NCBI GenBank assembly: GCA_024137785.1
Contig: JAHRHZ010000092.1
Coordinates: 720,300-784,299, forward strand
Length of the DNA: 64,000 bases
Source of the DNA: Ginglymostoma cirratum
Lineage: Eukaryota
Direction of reading: 5' to 3'
Shown here: positions 23,105 through 37,312 of the stretch, piece after piece
Numbering within the stretch: position 1 is the stretch's first letter
Layout of the letters: every line of letters starts with the position of its first letter
Notes under the pieces: generated by a model
Told to the model about the DNA's origin: nothing
What the model saw: the letters and a program-made list of their open reading frames with translations, nothing else
Database searches by the model: none
Program-made: the position numbers and the translations under genes

Positions 23105-25930
23105 AGAATCATACAGCCATACAGCACGGAAACAGACCCTTCTGTCCAATCAGTCCATATTGAACATAATCCCAAACTAAACTAGTCCCACCTGCCTGCA
23201 CCTGGCTTATATCCCTCCGAACCTTTCCTAGTCATGTATTCATCCAAATGTCTTCTAAACGTTGTAATTATACCACGTTCACAACTCCATCAGGAAGTTT
23301 ATTCCACACACGAGCCACCCTCTGTGTAAAAAAATTGCCTCTCATGCCTTTTTTAAAACGGGTCTCCTTTCACCTTAAAAATGTGCTCCCTAGTCTTGAA
23401 CTCACCCACCCTAGGGAAAAGACAACTACCATTAACTCCATCTATACCTCTCATTATTTTATAAACTTCTATCAGGTCCCCTCTCAACCTTCTATGCTCC
23501 CGTGATAAAAGTCCCAGCCTATCCAGCCTTTCATTCTAACTTAAACATTTCATACCCAGCAACGTCCTGACAAATCTTTTCTGAACTTTCTGCAGCTTGA
23601 TAATATCCTTTTTACAAGTGGGCGACCAGAACTAGACACAGTATTCTAGAAGAGGCCTCACCAACGTCCTGTACAATCTGAACATAACATTCCAACTCCT
23701 TTACTCAAAGGACTGAGCAATGAAGGCAAGCATACCAAATGCCTTCTCAACCACCTTGTCTGTATGTGATGCAAACTTCAAAGAATTATGTACCTGCACC
23801 CCTAGGTCCCTCTGTTCTACAACACTACCCAAAGCCCTACCATTAATTGTATAAGCCCTACCCTTCTTGTTGTACCAAAATGCAATACCTCGCATTTATC
23901 TAGATTGAAATCCATCTACCATTTTCAGCCCATTGACCCATTTGATCAAGATCCTTTTGTAATTTTTGGAAAACTTCTTCACTGTCTACTATGCCACCAA
24001 TTTTGTTATCGTCCACAAACTTACTAACCACGCCTTCTATATTCTCAACCAAATAATTTATAGAAATGACAAACAAGAGGACCCACAACCAATCCCTGAG
24101 GAACACTGCTGGTCACAAGCCTCCAGTCTGAAAAGCAACCCTCCACCATTATGCTCTGTCTCCTGTCGTTAAACAATTGGCAACCTCATCCTGAATCCCA
24201 TGTGACCTAACCTTACTAATTAGTCTACCTTGTGGAATCTTGTCAAAGGCTTTACTAAAGTCCAAATAAACAAAGTTTAATGCTCTGCCATCATCAATCT
24301 TTTTGGTAACATCCTCAAAAAACTCAATCAAGTTTGTGAGACACGATTTTCCTCACACAAAACCATGCTGACTACACTTAATTAATTATTGTCTCTCTAA
24401 ATATCAATAAATCCTATCTTTTATAACAACATCCAACAATTTACCAACAAGTAAAGTCAGACTCACAGGTCTATAGTTCCTCAGTTTCTCCTTATAACCT
24501 TTCTGAAACAAAAGTACAACAGTCGCCACTCTCCAGTCATCAGGTATCTCACCTGCAGTTATACATGATGCAAATATCTCTGCAAGGGGTCTCATAATTT
24601 CCTCCCTTACTTACCACAATATTCTGGGATACATTAGATCAAGTCCAGGAGATTTACCCACCTTAATATTCTCTAAGATGTCCTGAACGTCTTCTTCTGT
24701 AATGTGAACGGTTTCTAAACCATCAAAGTTCATTTCTCTGCATTTTATCGACTCCATTTCTTTCTCCACAGTAAAAACTGTCGCGAAATATTCAGTTAGT
24801 ATCACTCCCATCTCTTGGAGTTCAAGACAAGGACGATGTCATCGATCTTTAAGAGGCCCTACAATCTCTAGTTATCCTCTTCATCTTAATGTATTTGTAG
24901 AATCTCTTTGGATCATCCTTAACCTTATCTGCCAATGCTATCTCATATCCCCTCATTGCCTTCATGACTTTTTTCTTAAGAACGCCCCTACGCTCTTGAC
25001 ATTGATTAAGAGATTCAATTGAACCAAGTTGTCTACTTCTAAAATAAGATTATCTTTTATTTTTGACTAGAACCTCAACATCTTTAGTCATCCATTCTTC
25101 TTTAATTTTATCAGCCTTCCCCTTCAGTCCAACAGGAACAAAATGCCTCTGAATTCTTGTCATACTTTTGAATGCCTCTCATTTGTCAGACGCCCTTTTA
25201 CCTGCAAACTGTCTACTCCAATCAACTTTTGAAAGTTCTTGTCTCATGCCATTAAAGTTTGCCTTACTCCAATTAAAAAATCTTTAACTTTTATGGAAGG
25301 CTTAGCCTTTTCCATGACCATTTTGAAACTAGTAGAATTATGATCACTAGACCCAAAGTGTTATCCCACTTTTAATTCAGTCACCTGCCCTGCCTTATTG
25401 CCCAAAAGAAGGTCTAGTTTTGCTCCTTTCTTAGTAAGAGCATCACACATTAGCAAAGAAAATTTGCTTGAACACGTTTGATAAATTCTTCACAAACACT
25501 ATGGTAGCACCAGTCAATGTTTGGAAAATTAAAATCCCCCATTATTACAACCTTATTATGTTTACATATATCTATGAGGTCTCCCTACATATTTGTTTAT
25601 CAATTTGCCTCTTACTATTGGGGGGCGGGGCTATTGTGCAATCCTATTAAAGTGATCTTTACTTTCTTATTTGTAATGTATGCCCATATGTTTTCACTGG
25701 ACAGTTTTTCAGAAATATCTTCCCAATTTACAACAGTAATATATTCCTTAATCAAAAACGCCCCCATCCACCCATCCCCTACTTTCTTGTCTCTCTTTCT
25801 ATCCTTTCTATAGCATCTAAATCCTGGAACATGGAGCTGCCAGTCTTTTCCATCTTTCAGTCTAGTTTCTGTAATACCTATGACATCCCAATCCCCTGTT
25901 CCTAAACATGCCCTGAGTTATTGGCCTTAC
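23105..25930 (-). mobile_element. Degenerate CR1 LINE (RT and endonuclease regions; may extend to ~26760)
   Basis: ORFs YLDFSKAFDKIPQG, SKFVDD, IPDDWRVA, KSPGLD. Confidence 0.85.
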
Positions 25931-26129
25931 CTGTAAGACTCCCACATAAATGCACTTCTTCAGAGTTACTACAGACTCTGACCCCCTCTTGTCTTTCTTT
26001 TCTAATTGACGTGCTCTCCTCAGATCCAGAGACCTTGTCATATTTAGAACCTTCTCCATCAATCCTTCTGTTTACACTGCTACTTAGAATTTGTTTTTAT
26101 TTTGCTTTTGTTTCATTCATTCATCAGAT

Positions 26130-26450
26130 AAAGATGTCGCTAGCTGGGCCAGCATTTCATTGCCAATCCCTAATTGCCCAGTTATGAGTCAATCACATCG
26201 CTATGGGTCTAGAGTCACATGTAGGCCAGACCAGGTAAAGATGGCAGTTTCCTTCCCTAAGGAAATTAGTGAACCAGATGGGTTTTTCCTGACAATTGGC
26301 AAAGGATTCATAGTCATCATTCGACTCTTAATTCCAGATATTTATTGAAGGCAAATTCTACCATCTGCCATGGTGGGATTTGAACCCAGATCCCCAGAAC
26401 ATTACCTGGGGGTCTGGATTAACAGTGCAGCAATAATACCACTAGGCTAT
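26130..26450 (-). mobile_element. tRNA-derived SINE (SacSINE/DeuSINE-like, family uncertain)
   Basis: Minus strand tagtggtattattgctg..ggttcaaatcccaccatggcagatgg; related copy at ~20910-21130. Confidence 0.55.
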
Positions 26451-27759
26451 TTCCGCACTTCCCCTCTTTGGCAGTATAAAGTTTCCTTTAACGGAATGAG
26501 GAAATCTTCCTGCTAAGGTATTGGTCTCTTTCCAAGTTAGCCTAGACCCATCCTTTTTGAACAGGTCTTTTCTATCCCAAAAGACATTCCAATTGTCCAA
26601 AAACCTGCATCCCTAAACAATACACCAGCTCTTCAGCCATTGATTTATCTCCTCTAACCTTTTGTTCCTTCTTTCATTTGAGTTTGGAATAGGGAGTAAA
26701 CCAGAAATTACTATTTTCAAGGTTCTATTTATTAATCTTCTACCTAACCTCTTAAATTCACTCCGAACTGCTTTAATCTTCTCAAAGCCAGAAAGAAAGA
26801 AATTTCGGGACCTTTAATGCATTTATGCTATGTTTGCATTCTCCACAGGAACAACGCTGACTGCGGTTGAATAACGGTGAAAGGGCATTTAAAAGGTGGT
26901 TTAATCAGAATAAATGAACAGGAGGATTTCATTCAAATCTTCGGCTGCGTTTGCGATAAAGTGGAGAAGGTCACTTCGCCTCTCTTGAGCCTGTTACACA
27001 CGTAAAGGTGTAATCCCGATCACCTTATGGAGGTAGTTATAGAGGAACAGGAGGGAACCCGTTAAGCGCATCTGAAGTCGGTTATACAGGAACAACAGAG
27101 AGACATTCAGCCACTCTTGAGCTTCTTAAGAGAGGAACAAGAGGAGGTCCATTCTGCTTCCATTAACTTGTTGCACAGAAACAGGAGTCAGACAGAGACA
27201 CACACGCGCCTATTACACAGAAGATCTGGGGAGCCGTTCAGCTCCCTCCAACCTATTGTATAAGAGAAGAACGATAGTTCAGAGTCTTTAGCGTATGAAT
27301 AGATGAATCAGCCGCCTTTATCCTGTTCTGGCATTTAATTCCAGATATTTATTGAAGTTAAATTCTACCAATTCGGACTAGAAGACGTTTATCTACTTTA
27401 TTTCAGTTACTTTTAATACACCTATTTAATAGACACTCAGTAATCACATAATTGAAATCTTCTATGAATCCTCGGAATTCATTGTGTCAGTTGAGAGATT
27501 TTTTCATGATTACACCACACTTTGATTAGAACATTTTCTAATCAACCTGCTCAGGAATGTTACTACAGACCTCTGGCTTCCAATCGGTCAAAATTGTTTT
27601 AGCCATTTTCCGCACTAATCTCTGACAATTTTCCAGAACTCCCAAACGGATTTATTAGTGACTACATATCAGGTATCGTTGTTAGTCTTTGTCCGCTCCA
27701 TCCAATTCTTCTGCCTCAACTGTTCCTCTCCCACTGGACTGTATTTTTTTTTTCACACG

Positions 27760-28790
27760 CACAAATCCAATTCTGTTGTTAAACATGCTGTTGATTCTGC
27801 TCACATGATACTTGCAGGCAGCACATTTCAACATACAAACATGCAAATTAAGAGCAGGTGTAAGCCGTAAGGCTCCTTGAGTAATTTGTTTATTCCACTT
27901 TCCCTCTTCCGACTGAAAACCATTATTTCTAATGTGTCTGTCTACCTCAAAGAACAACTTCCACTTTTGAAGAAGGGTTCCAAGTACTCATAACCCTCTG
28001 TGCCAAACAAGATCTCCTCACTTCTGCCTTAAATAAAGGACATTTTATTTTGAAATAGTGATACTCATTCTAGGTTCTCCTACACGACAAAATATCATTT
28101 CTTCCTTCAACTTGTCAAGGCCACGTGGGATTTTAGTTGTTTCAATCAAGCTGACTCTTAGTTTTCTAACCTCAAGTGGGTATAAGCTTAGTCTATGCAA
28201 CCATTCCCCAGAAGAAAACCTGTACATTCCAGGTAACACTCTTAGAAATTTTCTTTGAACTTATTTCAACACATTGACTTCCTTTCTTAAATAAAGAGAC
28301 CAACACTGTACATGGCACTCAAGATGTGGTCTCACCAACGCCCCATACAACTAATGCATAAACTCAGTACTTTAGCGTTCAACTCTCATGCAATAAATAA
28401 TAACATTCTGCTATCTTACTGAAAACTTCCTGTAACTGTATACAAAACGTTTTGTGATTCATGTACTACAGCATTAAGATGGGTCTGTATTTCAGTACAA
28501 TGTAATCATCTACTGTTTAGATAATATGATTTGTTTCTATTTCTCTTACCAAATTGGGTCATTTCACTTTTTCCCACATTACAATCCATTTGCTGGATCT
28601 TTAGCCACTCACATAATCTATCTTTGTAGTATCCTCACATCCTGCTTGCAACTTGTGTCAGGACTCATAAACGAATTAAGCAATCAACTTTGGTTTCTTC
28701 ATCTAAGTCATCGTATAAACTGTGAGTGTGAGACCTCCGCACAGATCCTGATGGCACACCACATCGTTAATTTTGCTGTATAGTGACTTC
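27760..28790 (-). mobile_element. Old CR1-type LINE 3' part
   Basis: LVRPHLECHVQ-like remnant and ORF 28045-28239 (LIETTKIPRGLD). Confidence 0.65.
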
Positions 28791-29589
28791 TAATAATTGG
28801 CCACAAGTGACTGAGTACAGTTTTGCAATAACTTATTCAAGAAAATGCAGGAAACATGACATTCCAATCCAACTGGAGTAAATCTCTGAGAAGTTCAGTG
28901 TTATTGAACAATTTTTGATCACATACATGCTTTCCATTACCCAAAGTCTAACCTTACCTCATACAAGCATAAGCAACAGGTGTTCATCCTAGGGCATAGA
29001 TTAATTATATTAATCACTTGGAAATAGTAAGAACTGCAGATGCTGGAGTCAGAGCCTTCTGAAGAAGGGTCCAGCTCCTCTGATGCTGCCTGGCCTGCCA
29101 TGATCCTCCAGATCCTCACTGTTGTTTAATGTTGTTAATATCTTCTTTACCCAGTCAAGGATCATTAAATCTTATCTCGGTGTAATATTGTGTTTCCCCA
29201 TTATAAATGTAGAACAAAGTGAAATGGCCAGTTTGGTAAAAGAAATTTTTAAAATGGATTATATTATTTAAACTGAAGAAGATTACATTGTACTGAAATA
29301 CAGACCCATCTGTATATAAATCACAAAAATATATGTAGTTGCAGCAAGAAATTCGGCAAAATAGAAGCATGTTATCATTTATTGCAATGGGATCCAACAG
29401 AGGGCACTGCTAGGAAGTGATTGCAGAGGATTCTGGGGGAATCTCAGCACCTTCACCGTGACCAATGAGGGGGAGCGCAGAAGATCTGCCGTCAGCGAAC
29501 TGTGCAAGAGCATCCAATAGAGAAAATTGATGAGAAGCAACTGAGGATGACTAAATAGTTGGACTATTCCATATCACCTGTCCTTTGTG

Positions 29590-30230
29590 GAGAAATCTGC
29601 AAAGAAAAACACATTTGAGTACAAGTCCATCAGGAAGTGGCCAGCACATAGCATACTTGAGAAAAGTATGGGGAAAAGGAAAGGGTGGATTCTGTTGCGT
29701 GGCTCCCTGAGCAGACTGTCAAAGTCATTTGGCAGAATGCCTCATCATTCCAACAAGCAACAAGGCATTGCTTGGCTGGTGGTGAGAAGGGAACTACCTG
29801 TGAAATCCTTCATATATGCCTGGTCAGTCCATGCCTTCACAAGCTACCCACAAAGTAGCTTCGAGGTGGGTTTGAGACTGCCATGCATCTCCTTCTGAAA
29901 TGTCTGGCGAAAGATGCAGTTGTGTTTGTCAACGTTCATCCCAAGCAGCTCCGTGACATGGGATACTTTGCTCTACAGTCTGTTCCCCAGAACACACACT
30001 GAGACAAACATCGACGGCACTTGGATGATTTTCAACTCAGTGAAAGACACTCTTTGGTCTGCCCAAAACTTGCTTGTCTTCCAGAATAAAGAATTGACCT
30101 CGACCAAGTGTTGCAGACTGGCACGTTCCAAGATCCAGGACTAGGTGCTAAGGGAAACACTAAAGTTTTGGGCAGCTGCCACCAAGGCACAGTGGGGAAA
30201 GACCACCATCTAAGGTCTTCCTGCTGAAGA
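29590..30230 (+). mobile_element. L1/Tx1-like LINE 3' fragment (zf-RVT-like region)
   Basis: IAWLVVRRELPVKSF and SVKDTLWSAQNLLVFQ resemble Tx1-clade C-termini (from memory). Confidence 0.5.
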
Positions 30231-30294
30231 TAAATGGGGGTCCGGTCAGTTATTGGACCCTCTTGGTGCTTCAAGTACATGTAAATTTTTTTTA

Positions 30295-33200
30295 TGAGTA
30301 AGTGTAAAAGCCAAAAAGAAGCATATAAATTGGCTAGAAAAAGCAGCAAACCTGAGGAGTGGGAGAAATTTAAAATGCAGCAGAGAAGGGCAAAGGGCTT
30401 AATTCAGAATGGAAAATAGAACACAAGAGTAAGCTTGAGGAAAACATAAAAACTAACTGCAACAACTTCTGTAGATATGTGAAGAGAAAAAGACTGGCAA
30501 AGACAAATGTAGGTCCCTTATAGTTAGAGTCAGGTGAATTCATAATGGACAACAAAGAGATTGCAGACCACTTGAACAAATATTTTGGAACTGTCTTCAC
30601 TAAGGAAAACACAAATAAATTTCTGGAAATGCTAGGGGACAGAGGGTCAAGCATGAAAGAGGAACTGATGAAAAATCTTACCAGTCAGGAAACGGTATTG
30701 GGGAAATTGATGGGATTAAAACCCAATAAGTCCCCAGGGCCTGATGCTTTGTATCCCAGAGTATTTAAGGAAGTGGGCCTAGAAATAGTGGACGCATTGA
30801 TGTTCAATTTCCAGCATTCTATAGACTCTGGAAGAGTTCAATGGACTGGAGGATAGCTAAGGTAACCCAACTTTGTAAAAAAAAAAAGGGAGGGAGAGAG
30901 AAAATGGTGTCTTATGGGACAGTTAGCCTAAAATCGGTGGCGGGGAAAATGCTGGAGCTAATTGAAAAGAATGCAATAACTGAGCATTTGGAAAGCTGTG
31001 ACAGGACCAGTCCAAGTCAGCATGTACTCACTAAAGGGAAATCACTCTTGACAAATCTTGTGGAATTTTTTTGAGGAAGTGACCAGTAGAGTGGACAAGA
31101 GTGAATCAGTGTATGTTGTTTATCTGGACTTTCAAAAGGCTTTTGACAAGGTCCCACACAAGTAAGCAAAATTAAAGCTTGTAGTATTGGAGGTAGTGTT
31201 TTGCCTTGGATAAAGAATTGGTTGGCAGACATGAAGCAGAGATTAGGAATAAATGGGTCCTTTTCAGAATGGCAGGCAGTGGGAAGTCAGGTAAAAGAAA
31301 CAACAAAGAAGAAAGAAAATTAGAGTACAGGAACAGGCCCTTCAGCCCTCCAAGCCTGCACCAACATGCTGCCCATCTCAACTAAAACCCCCTACTCTTC
31401 CAGGAACCGTATCCTCTATTCCCATCCTATACATGTATTTGTCAAGATGCCCTTTAAAAGTCATGATAGTGTCTGCTTCCACTATCTCCACCGGCAGTGA
31501 ATTCCAGGCACCCACCACTCTCTGTGTGAAAAAACTTGCCTTGTACATCACCTTTAAACCTTGCCTCTAGCACCTTAAACCCACGGCCCCTGGTAACTGA
31601 CTCTTCCACCCTTGGAAAAAGCTTCTGACTGTCCAGTCTGTACATGCCCTTTATAATCTTGTAGACTTCTATCAGGTCACCCCTCAATCTCAGTCGTTCC
31701 AGTGAGAACAACCCAAGTTTCTCCAAACTCTCCTCATAGATAATGCCCTTCATACCAGGCAACATCCTGGTAAATCTTTTCTGTACCCTCTCCAAAGCCA
31801 CCACATCCTTCTGGTAGTGTGGCGACCAGAATTGAACACAATATTCCAAAAGCAGCCTAATTAAAGTTCTATAAAGCTTCAAAATTACCTGCCAATTTTT
31901 AAACTCAATGCCCCGGTTGATGAAGGCAAGCATGCCTTATGCCTTATTGACCACCTTTTCCACCTGCGTTGCCACTTTCAGTGACCCATGCACCTGTACA
32001 CCCAGATCCCGCTGCCTATCAGTACTCTTAAGGGTTCTGCCATTTACTGTATATTTTCCATCCGGATTAGACCTTCCAAAATGCAATACTTCACATTTTT
32101 CTGGATTAAACTCCATCTGCCATCTCTCTGCCCAAGTCACCAACCGATGTATTTCCTTCTGTATCCTTTGAAGGTCCTCTTCACTAGCCGCAATTCCACC
32201 AAGCTTTGTGCCATCGGCAAACTTACTAATCAGGCCAGTTACATTCTCCTCCAAATCATTTATATAGATTACAAACAAAAGGTCTCAACGCTAATCCCTG
32301 AGGAACGCCACTAGTCACAGCCCTCCATTCAGAAACGCATCCTTCCACTGCTACCCTCTGTCTTCTGTGACCGAGCCAATTTTTTTATCCGTTTGCAAGC
32401 TCACCTCTGACCCCAATTGACCTTACCTTCTGTATCAGCCTGCCATGACAGACCTTGTCAAAGGCCTTACTGAAGTCCATGTAGACATCCACTGCCCTAC
32501 CCTCATCGATCATCCTCATCACTTCCTCAAAAAACTCAACCAAGTTAGTGAGACACGACCTCCCACTCACAAAACCATGTTGCCTCTCGCTAATACGCCC
32601 ACTGATTTCCAGGTGGGAGTAAACCTTATCTTGAAGAATCCTCACCAATAATGTCCCTACCACTGATGTAAGGCTCACCGGCCTGTAATTAGCTGGATTA
32701 TCCCTGCCACCCTTCTTAAACAAAGGAACAACATTGGCTATTCTCCAATCCTCAGGGATCTCCCCTCTAGCCAGTGAGGACACTAAGTTTTCCCTCAAGG
32801 CCCCAGCAATTTCCTCCCTTGCCTCTCTCAGTATTTTGGGGTATATCCCATCAGGCCCTGGGGACTTGTCTACCTTAATGTTTTTCAAGGCCCCCAAGAC
32901 CTCCTCCCTTTTGATCTCAACATGACCCAAGCTATCTACACACCCTTCCCCAGGTCCAAAGAACAAAGAACAAAGAAAATTACAGCACAGGAACAGGCCC
33001 TTCAGCCCTCCAAGCCTGTGCCAATCCAGATCCTTTATCCAAACCTGTCACCTATATTCCAAGGATCTGTATCCCTCCGATCCCTGTCCATTCATGTATC
33101 TGTCTAGGTACATCTTAAAAGAACAAAGAAAATTACAAGGTACTGCAGGGTTTAACGCTGGGACCCTAGCTGTTCACAATATACATTAATGATTTTAATG

Positions 33201-34270
33201 AAGGAATTGAATACAACATCTCCAAATTTGCAGACGATGCTAAGCTGGCTGGCAATGTGTGCTGTGAGGAGGATGCTAAGAGACTGCAGGGTGGCTTGGA
33301 CAGGCTAGTTGAGTGGGCAAATACTTAGAAAATGCAATATAATGTGGACAAATGTAAGGTTATCTACTTTGGTGGCAACAAAAACATAAAGGTAGACTAT
33401 TGTCTGAATGGTGGCTGTTTAGGAAAATGTGAGGTGCAATGAGACCTGGGTGTCATGGTGGAGCAGTCACTGAAGGTTGGCATGTAAGTGCAGCAGGCAA
33501 TGAGCATTTGAGTATAGGAGTAGGGATGTCTTGCTGCAGTTGTACAGGGCCTTGATGAGGCCACCTTGAGTATTGTGGGTAGTTTTGGTCTCCTAGTATG
33601 AGGAAGAACATTCTTGCTATTAAGGGAGTCCAATGTAGATTCACCAGACTGATTTACAAGATGGCAGAACTGACAAAGGAAGAACAACTGGATCGATTGG
33701 ACTTGTACTCACTGGAATTTAGAAAAATGAGGGGGGCATCTCATGGAAACATATAGGATCCTGTTAGGACTGGACAGACAAGACGTGGGAAGAATGTTCC
33801 CAATGTTGGAGAAGTCCAAAGCTACAGGTCATGGTTTAAGAATAAGGGATAAGCCATTCAGGACTGAGAGGAGAAAGAATTTCTTCATAAGAACATAAGA
33901 ACTAGGAGCAGGAGTAGGCCATCTGGGCCCTCGAGCCTGCTCCGCCATTTAATAAGATCATGGCTGATCTGTTTGAGACTCACCTCCACTTACCCGCCCA
34001 CTCATCATAACCCTTAATTCCTTTACTGTTCACTCAGAGAATAGAAAATCTGTGGAAGTCTCTACCACAGAAAGTTGTTAGGGTCAGTGTGTTAAATATA
34101 TTCAAGAGGGAGCTGGACGTGGCCCTTACGGCTAAAGGCATCAAGCTGTATGGAGAGAAAGTGGGTGCGGGTTGCTGAAATCACTTGATCAACCATGACC
34201 TTATTGAAATGTTGTGCAGGCTCAAAGGGCTGAATTGCCTATTCCTGCACCTCTTCTCTATGTTTCTATG
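30295..34270 (+). mobile_element. CR1 LINE (+) interrupted by younger minus-strand CR1s at ~31290-33135 and a tail at ~33888-34030
   Basis: KSPGPD, YLDFQKAFDKV before 31290; QG..LGP, KFADD after 33138. Confidence 0.85.
31290..32955 (-). mobile_element. Young CR1 ORF2 fragment; extra 3' tail copy at 32958-33135
   Basis: ORFs 32385-32966, 31937-32278, 31454-31933. Confidence 0.9.
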
Positions 34271-35620
34271 TTTATTAGAATCTGTCACTTCCCTGTCACA
34301 AACTTCCTTCTGGCCCCAAAGCCTCTCTGGAATGTTTTGCTAATGAAATCTTCTTGTTTGCACGATGTCCACCTACAGATTCCTATTCACACTAACCTCC
34401 AATGTGCACAAAGTTACTCTGGTGCAATGTTCACATGGAGAAGCCTGCTCCTTACTTTACACTGTGAACAAAAGAAAAGTCCTAACAATCCAGTTCACTC
34501 CAATGCTAAATAATCAGAAAAAGAAGCATTTATGACAATTCTCTGATTCCGATTTGCTAACACATCTGTCCACACCAATATTTATCCCATACACCACGAG
34601 ATCTTATTTTCCTCAATAGTCATTTTTGGAGGGTGCCATGTCAAATACCTCCTGGAGATCAAAGTACAGAAATAACAATTCATATTCCTGTATCCATACC
34701 TCATGTTACTTCATTAAGGAACTCCCAAATACTGTTTAAAAATGAAAAAAAAATCCCTTTCAAAAAATATTTTGACTTTGTTTGATTACCTTAAACTTTT
34801 CTAAGTGCCCTAATAATTGTTTCTAACGTCCTCCTGATTACAGATATTACATCAATTAGTATGTAGTTCCTAACTGATGTCTCCCAATCTTTTAGAATAA
34901 AGGAGTACACAAAATCTTCCAATAACAGAAGTTTCCCTCAGCCTCGTAAAGCTTGGAAAATTAAATACAGCATATCAACTATCTTACTTGTCACTTATTT
35001 TAAAACACAAGTACGAGGTTAATCAGAACTTGGGGCCTTGTCATCTCGCAGCTCCAACGATTTGCTCAGTACCACTTTCCCTGAGCTCCTCCTTCCTTTC
35101 CATTTCCTGATTTACAGCTACTTATGGAATGTTTCTTCTATCCTCTATTTTGACGACTGACGTGAAGTACCTATTCATACACTTGCCATTTGTTAAACTT
35201 TTTTTCATTCCTTACTAATCTTTCCATCAGTCTGCCCTGTTTTATATTCTAACTCTCTGACCTTTCACCACTCTTTGCACAATTTTATTTCTTAAAGTTT
35301 GATACTAACTTTAACATTTTTATCTAAGCATGAATGGTGTGCTCCTCTTAATTTCTTTTAATTTCTCATTATTATGCATTTATTCAATACGTTCTAAAAT
35401 TTTCCTTGAAATATCTGCCTCTGAATGTCTAACTATCTAGCCCTTAACCAAATCTGCCAGTTCACATTAGCTGCCTGTTTTCATGATTGCACTTATTTAG
35501 GTTTAAATATCTAATTTTGGACTAAATCTTCTCGCACCTAAGATTGAAATTAAAATTCAACCATATTCCGCTCGCTACAATCTTGAGGTGCCTTCACTAT
35601 GAGGTCACGAATTAATTCTA

Positions 35621-35860
35621 GAGATAGTAGGAACTGCAGATGCTGGAGAATCTGAGATAACAAGGTGTAGAGCTGGATGAACACAGCAGGGCCAAACAGC
35701 ATCGGAGGAGCAGGAAAGCTGACGTTTCGGGCCTAGACCCGTCTTCAGAAAGGGGTCTGGGGGTCTTTCTGAAGAAGGGTCTAGGCCCGAAACGTCAGTT
35801 TCCCTGCTCCTCTGATGCTGCTTGGCCTGCTGTGTTCATCCAGTTCAACACCTTGTTATC
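35621..35860. mobile_element. Fold-back Penelope-like insertion with two opposed hammerhead motifs
   Basis: CTGAAGA..GAAACGTC at 35769-35796 and antisense at 35721-35748; direct repeat tcacgaattaattcta at 35605-35620 and 35859-35874. Confidence 0.78.
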
Positions 35861-37312
35861 ACGAATTAATTCTATCTCAGTGCACAATACCAGGCCTACT
35901 GCAGTCTGTTCTCTCGTGGGCTGCAGAACGTGTTATTCAAAGAAAACTGCACCAAACTCGCTATGTGAATTGTTCATCTGATTTTTCCAGTCTACATATG
36001 GGTTTAAATCGCCAATGATTAATTTTGTATATTTATAGTTAGGTCCCATTACTTGTTCCTTTCTACTCCACGTGATTAGGCCGGGGCGCGCACGTCACTC
36101 CCACTTGCCTTTAACATGTCTCTCCTCTACACAAACACATTCTACATCCCGGTTTCTTAAACTTAGCTCATCCCTGTCTATTGCGCCAATGCATTAATTA
36201 ATTAACAACCGCTGTTTCACTCCTTACTAGCTTCCTGTAGTTTCTAAATTCCATGCACCCTTGAACGTGCAGATCTAATCCAGTCATTCTGCGGCCAAGA
36301 CTTTGTAATGGCTATCAGATCATTATCATTTATTTTTATTTGTATTGTCCCCTCATCTGTTTTGTTTTGAATGCTACCTGCTTTCAACCTTTAGTTCTGT
36401 CCTTTGATTATTTTTGGCCCTGTAGTGTCATTTGTTGACTTACATTTATATTCACCACCACCCCCATAACTGTCTGTGTCTCATTGCCATATTAACAGTT
36501 TTCGCCCCTGTCTTCGCTGTATTCTTTGATTTGCCTCATCTTCCAAAATGACATCATCGACCCCATTATTCAGCTTAAATTTCCCTCTAATCACTGCTTG
36601 TACATTCATTCGCACACTGGCTACAGCACCCGTCAGATGTAGACTCTCCTAATGGTTCATCCCCAATTTCATCAGTACAGATGCAAGTACCGCACGAATC
36701 CGCACCAACATCTACCGTCAGAACTCACACGACACCAGCTTATAGCCCAATAGGTTTATTTGAAATCACAAGCTTTTCAAGCGCTGCTCCTTCGTCAGGT
36801 GAACACTATTACCGCCATATTCATTGTTGCTTCCCCACGCATATTTGCACGGTTTGCTGTATCAACGTCTCTTCCACCTTACAGTTTGCATTCTTCTCCA
36901 AATAAACCGAAAACGTTACAAACCTATTGGACGATAAGAAAGGCTGAGATTCCTACACTCGTTCTGTCTGGGTCTCCTTATTTGCTGCAGATGCAGTCAC
37001 CATTCTCCAGTCATGACTACTCAGGAAACCAGAATACCTAGTTGGTGTGTCTGCTTCCCTGTAAAAAATATCTAGGCAACTGATATATTGCATCGTGTGC
37101 ACCTCCGCCTCCAGCTCAATGACGCCAAGCCAACAATTCTCGTTCACGAACACTGGCACAAAACACAGACATGTTTACCCTATATTACATTACATTATCA
37201 TCCGAGAACTCCCACATGCTTCATCCATGACAAATCACCTACCCTGTCATCCTTCATGTGTTTTGATTAACTACTTAACTATTTCATTTTTTCATTATTT
37301 CTCTTTTTTAAC

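Noticed and set aside
27160-27260. Minus-strand DSCFCATS and plus-strand CACAGAA as a possible V end or RSS
   Set aside because: No upstream V framework and no nonamer at 12 or 23 bp
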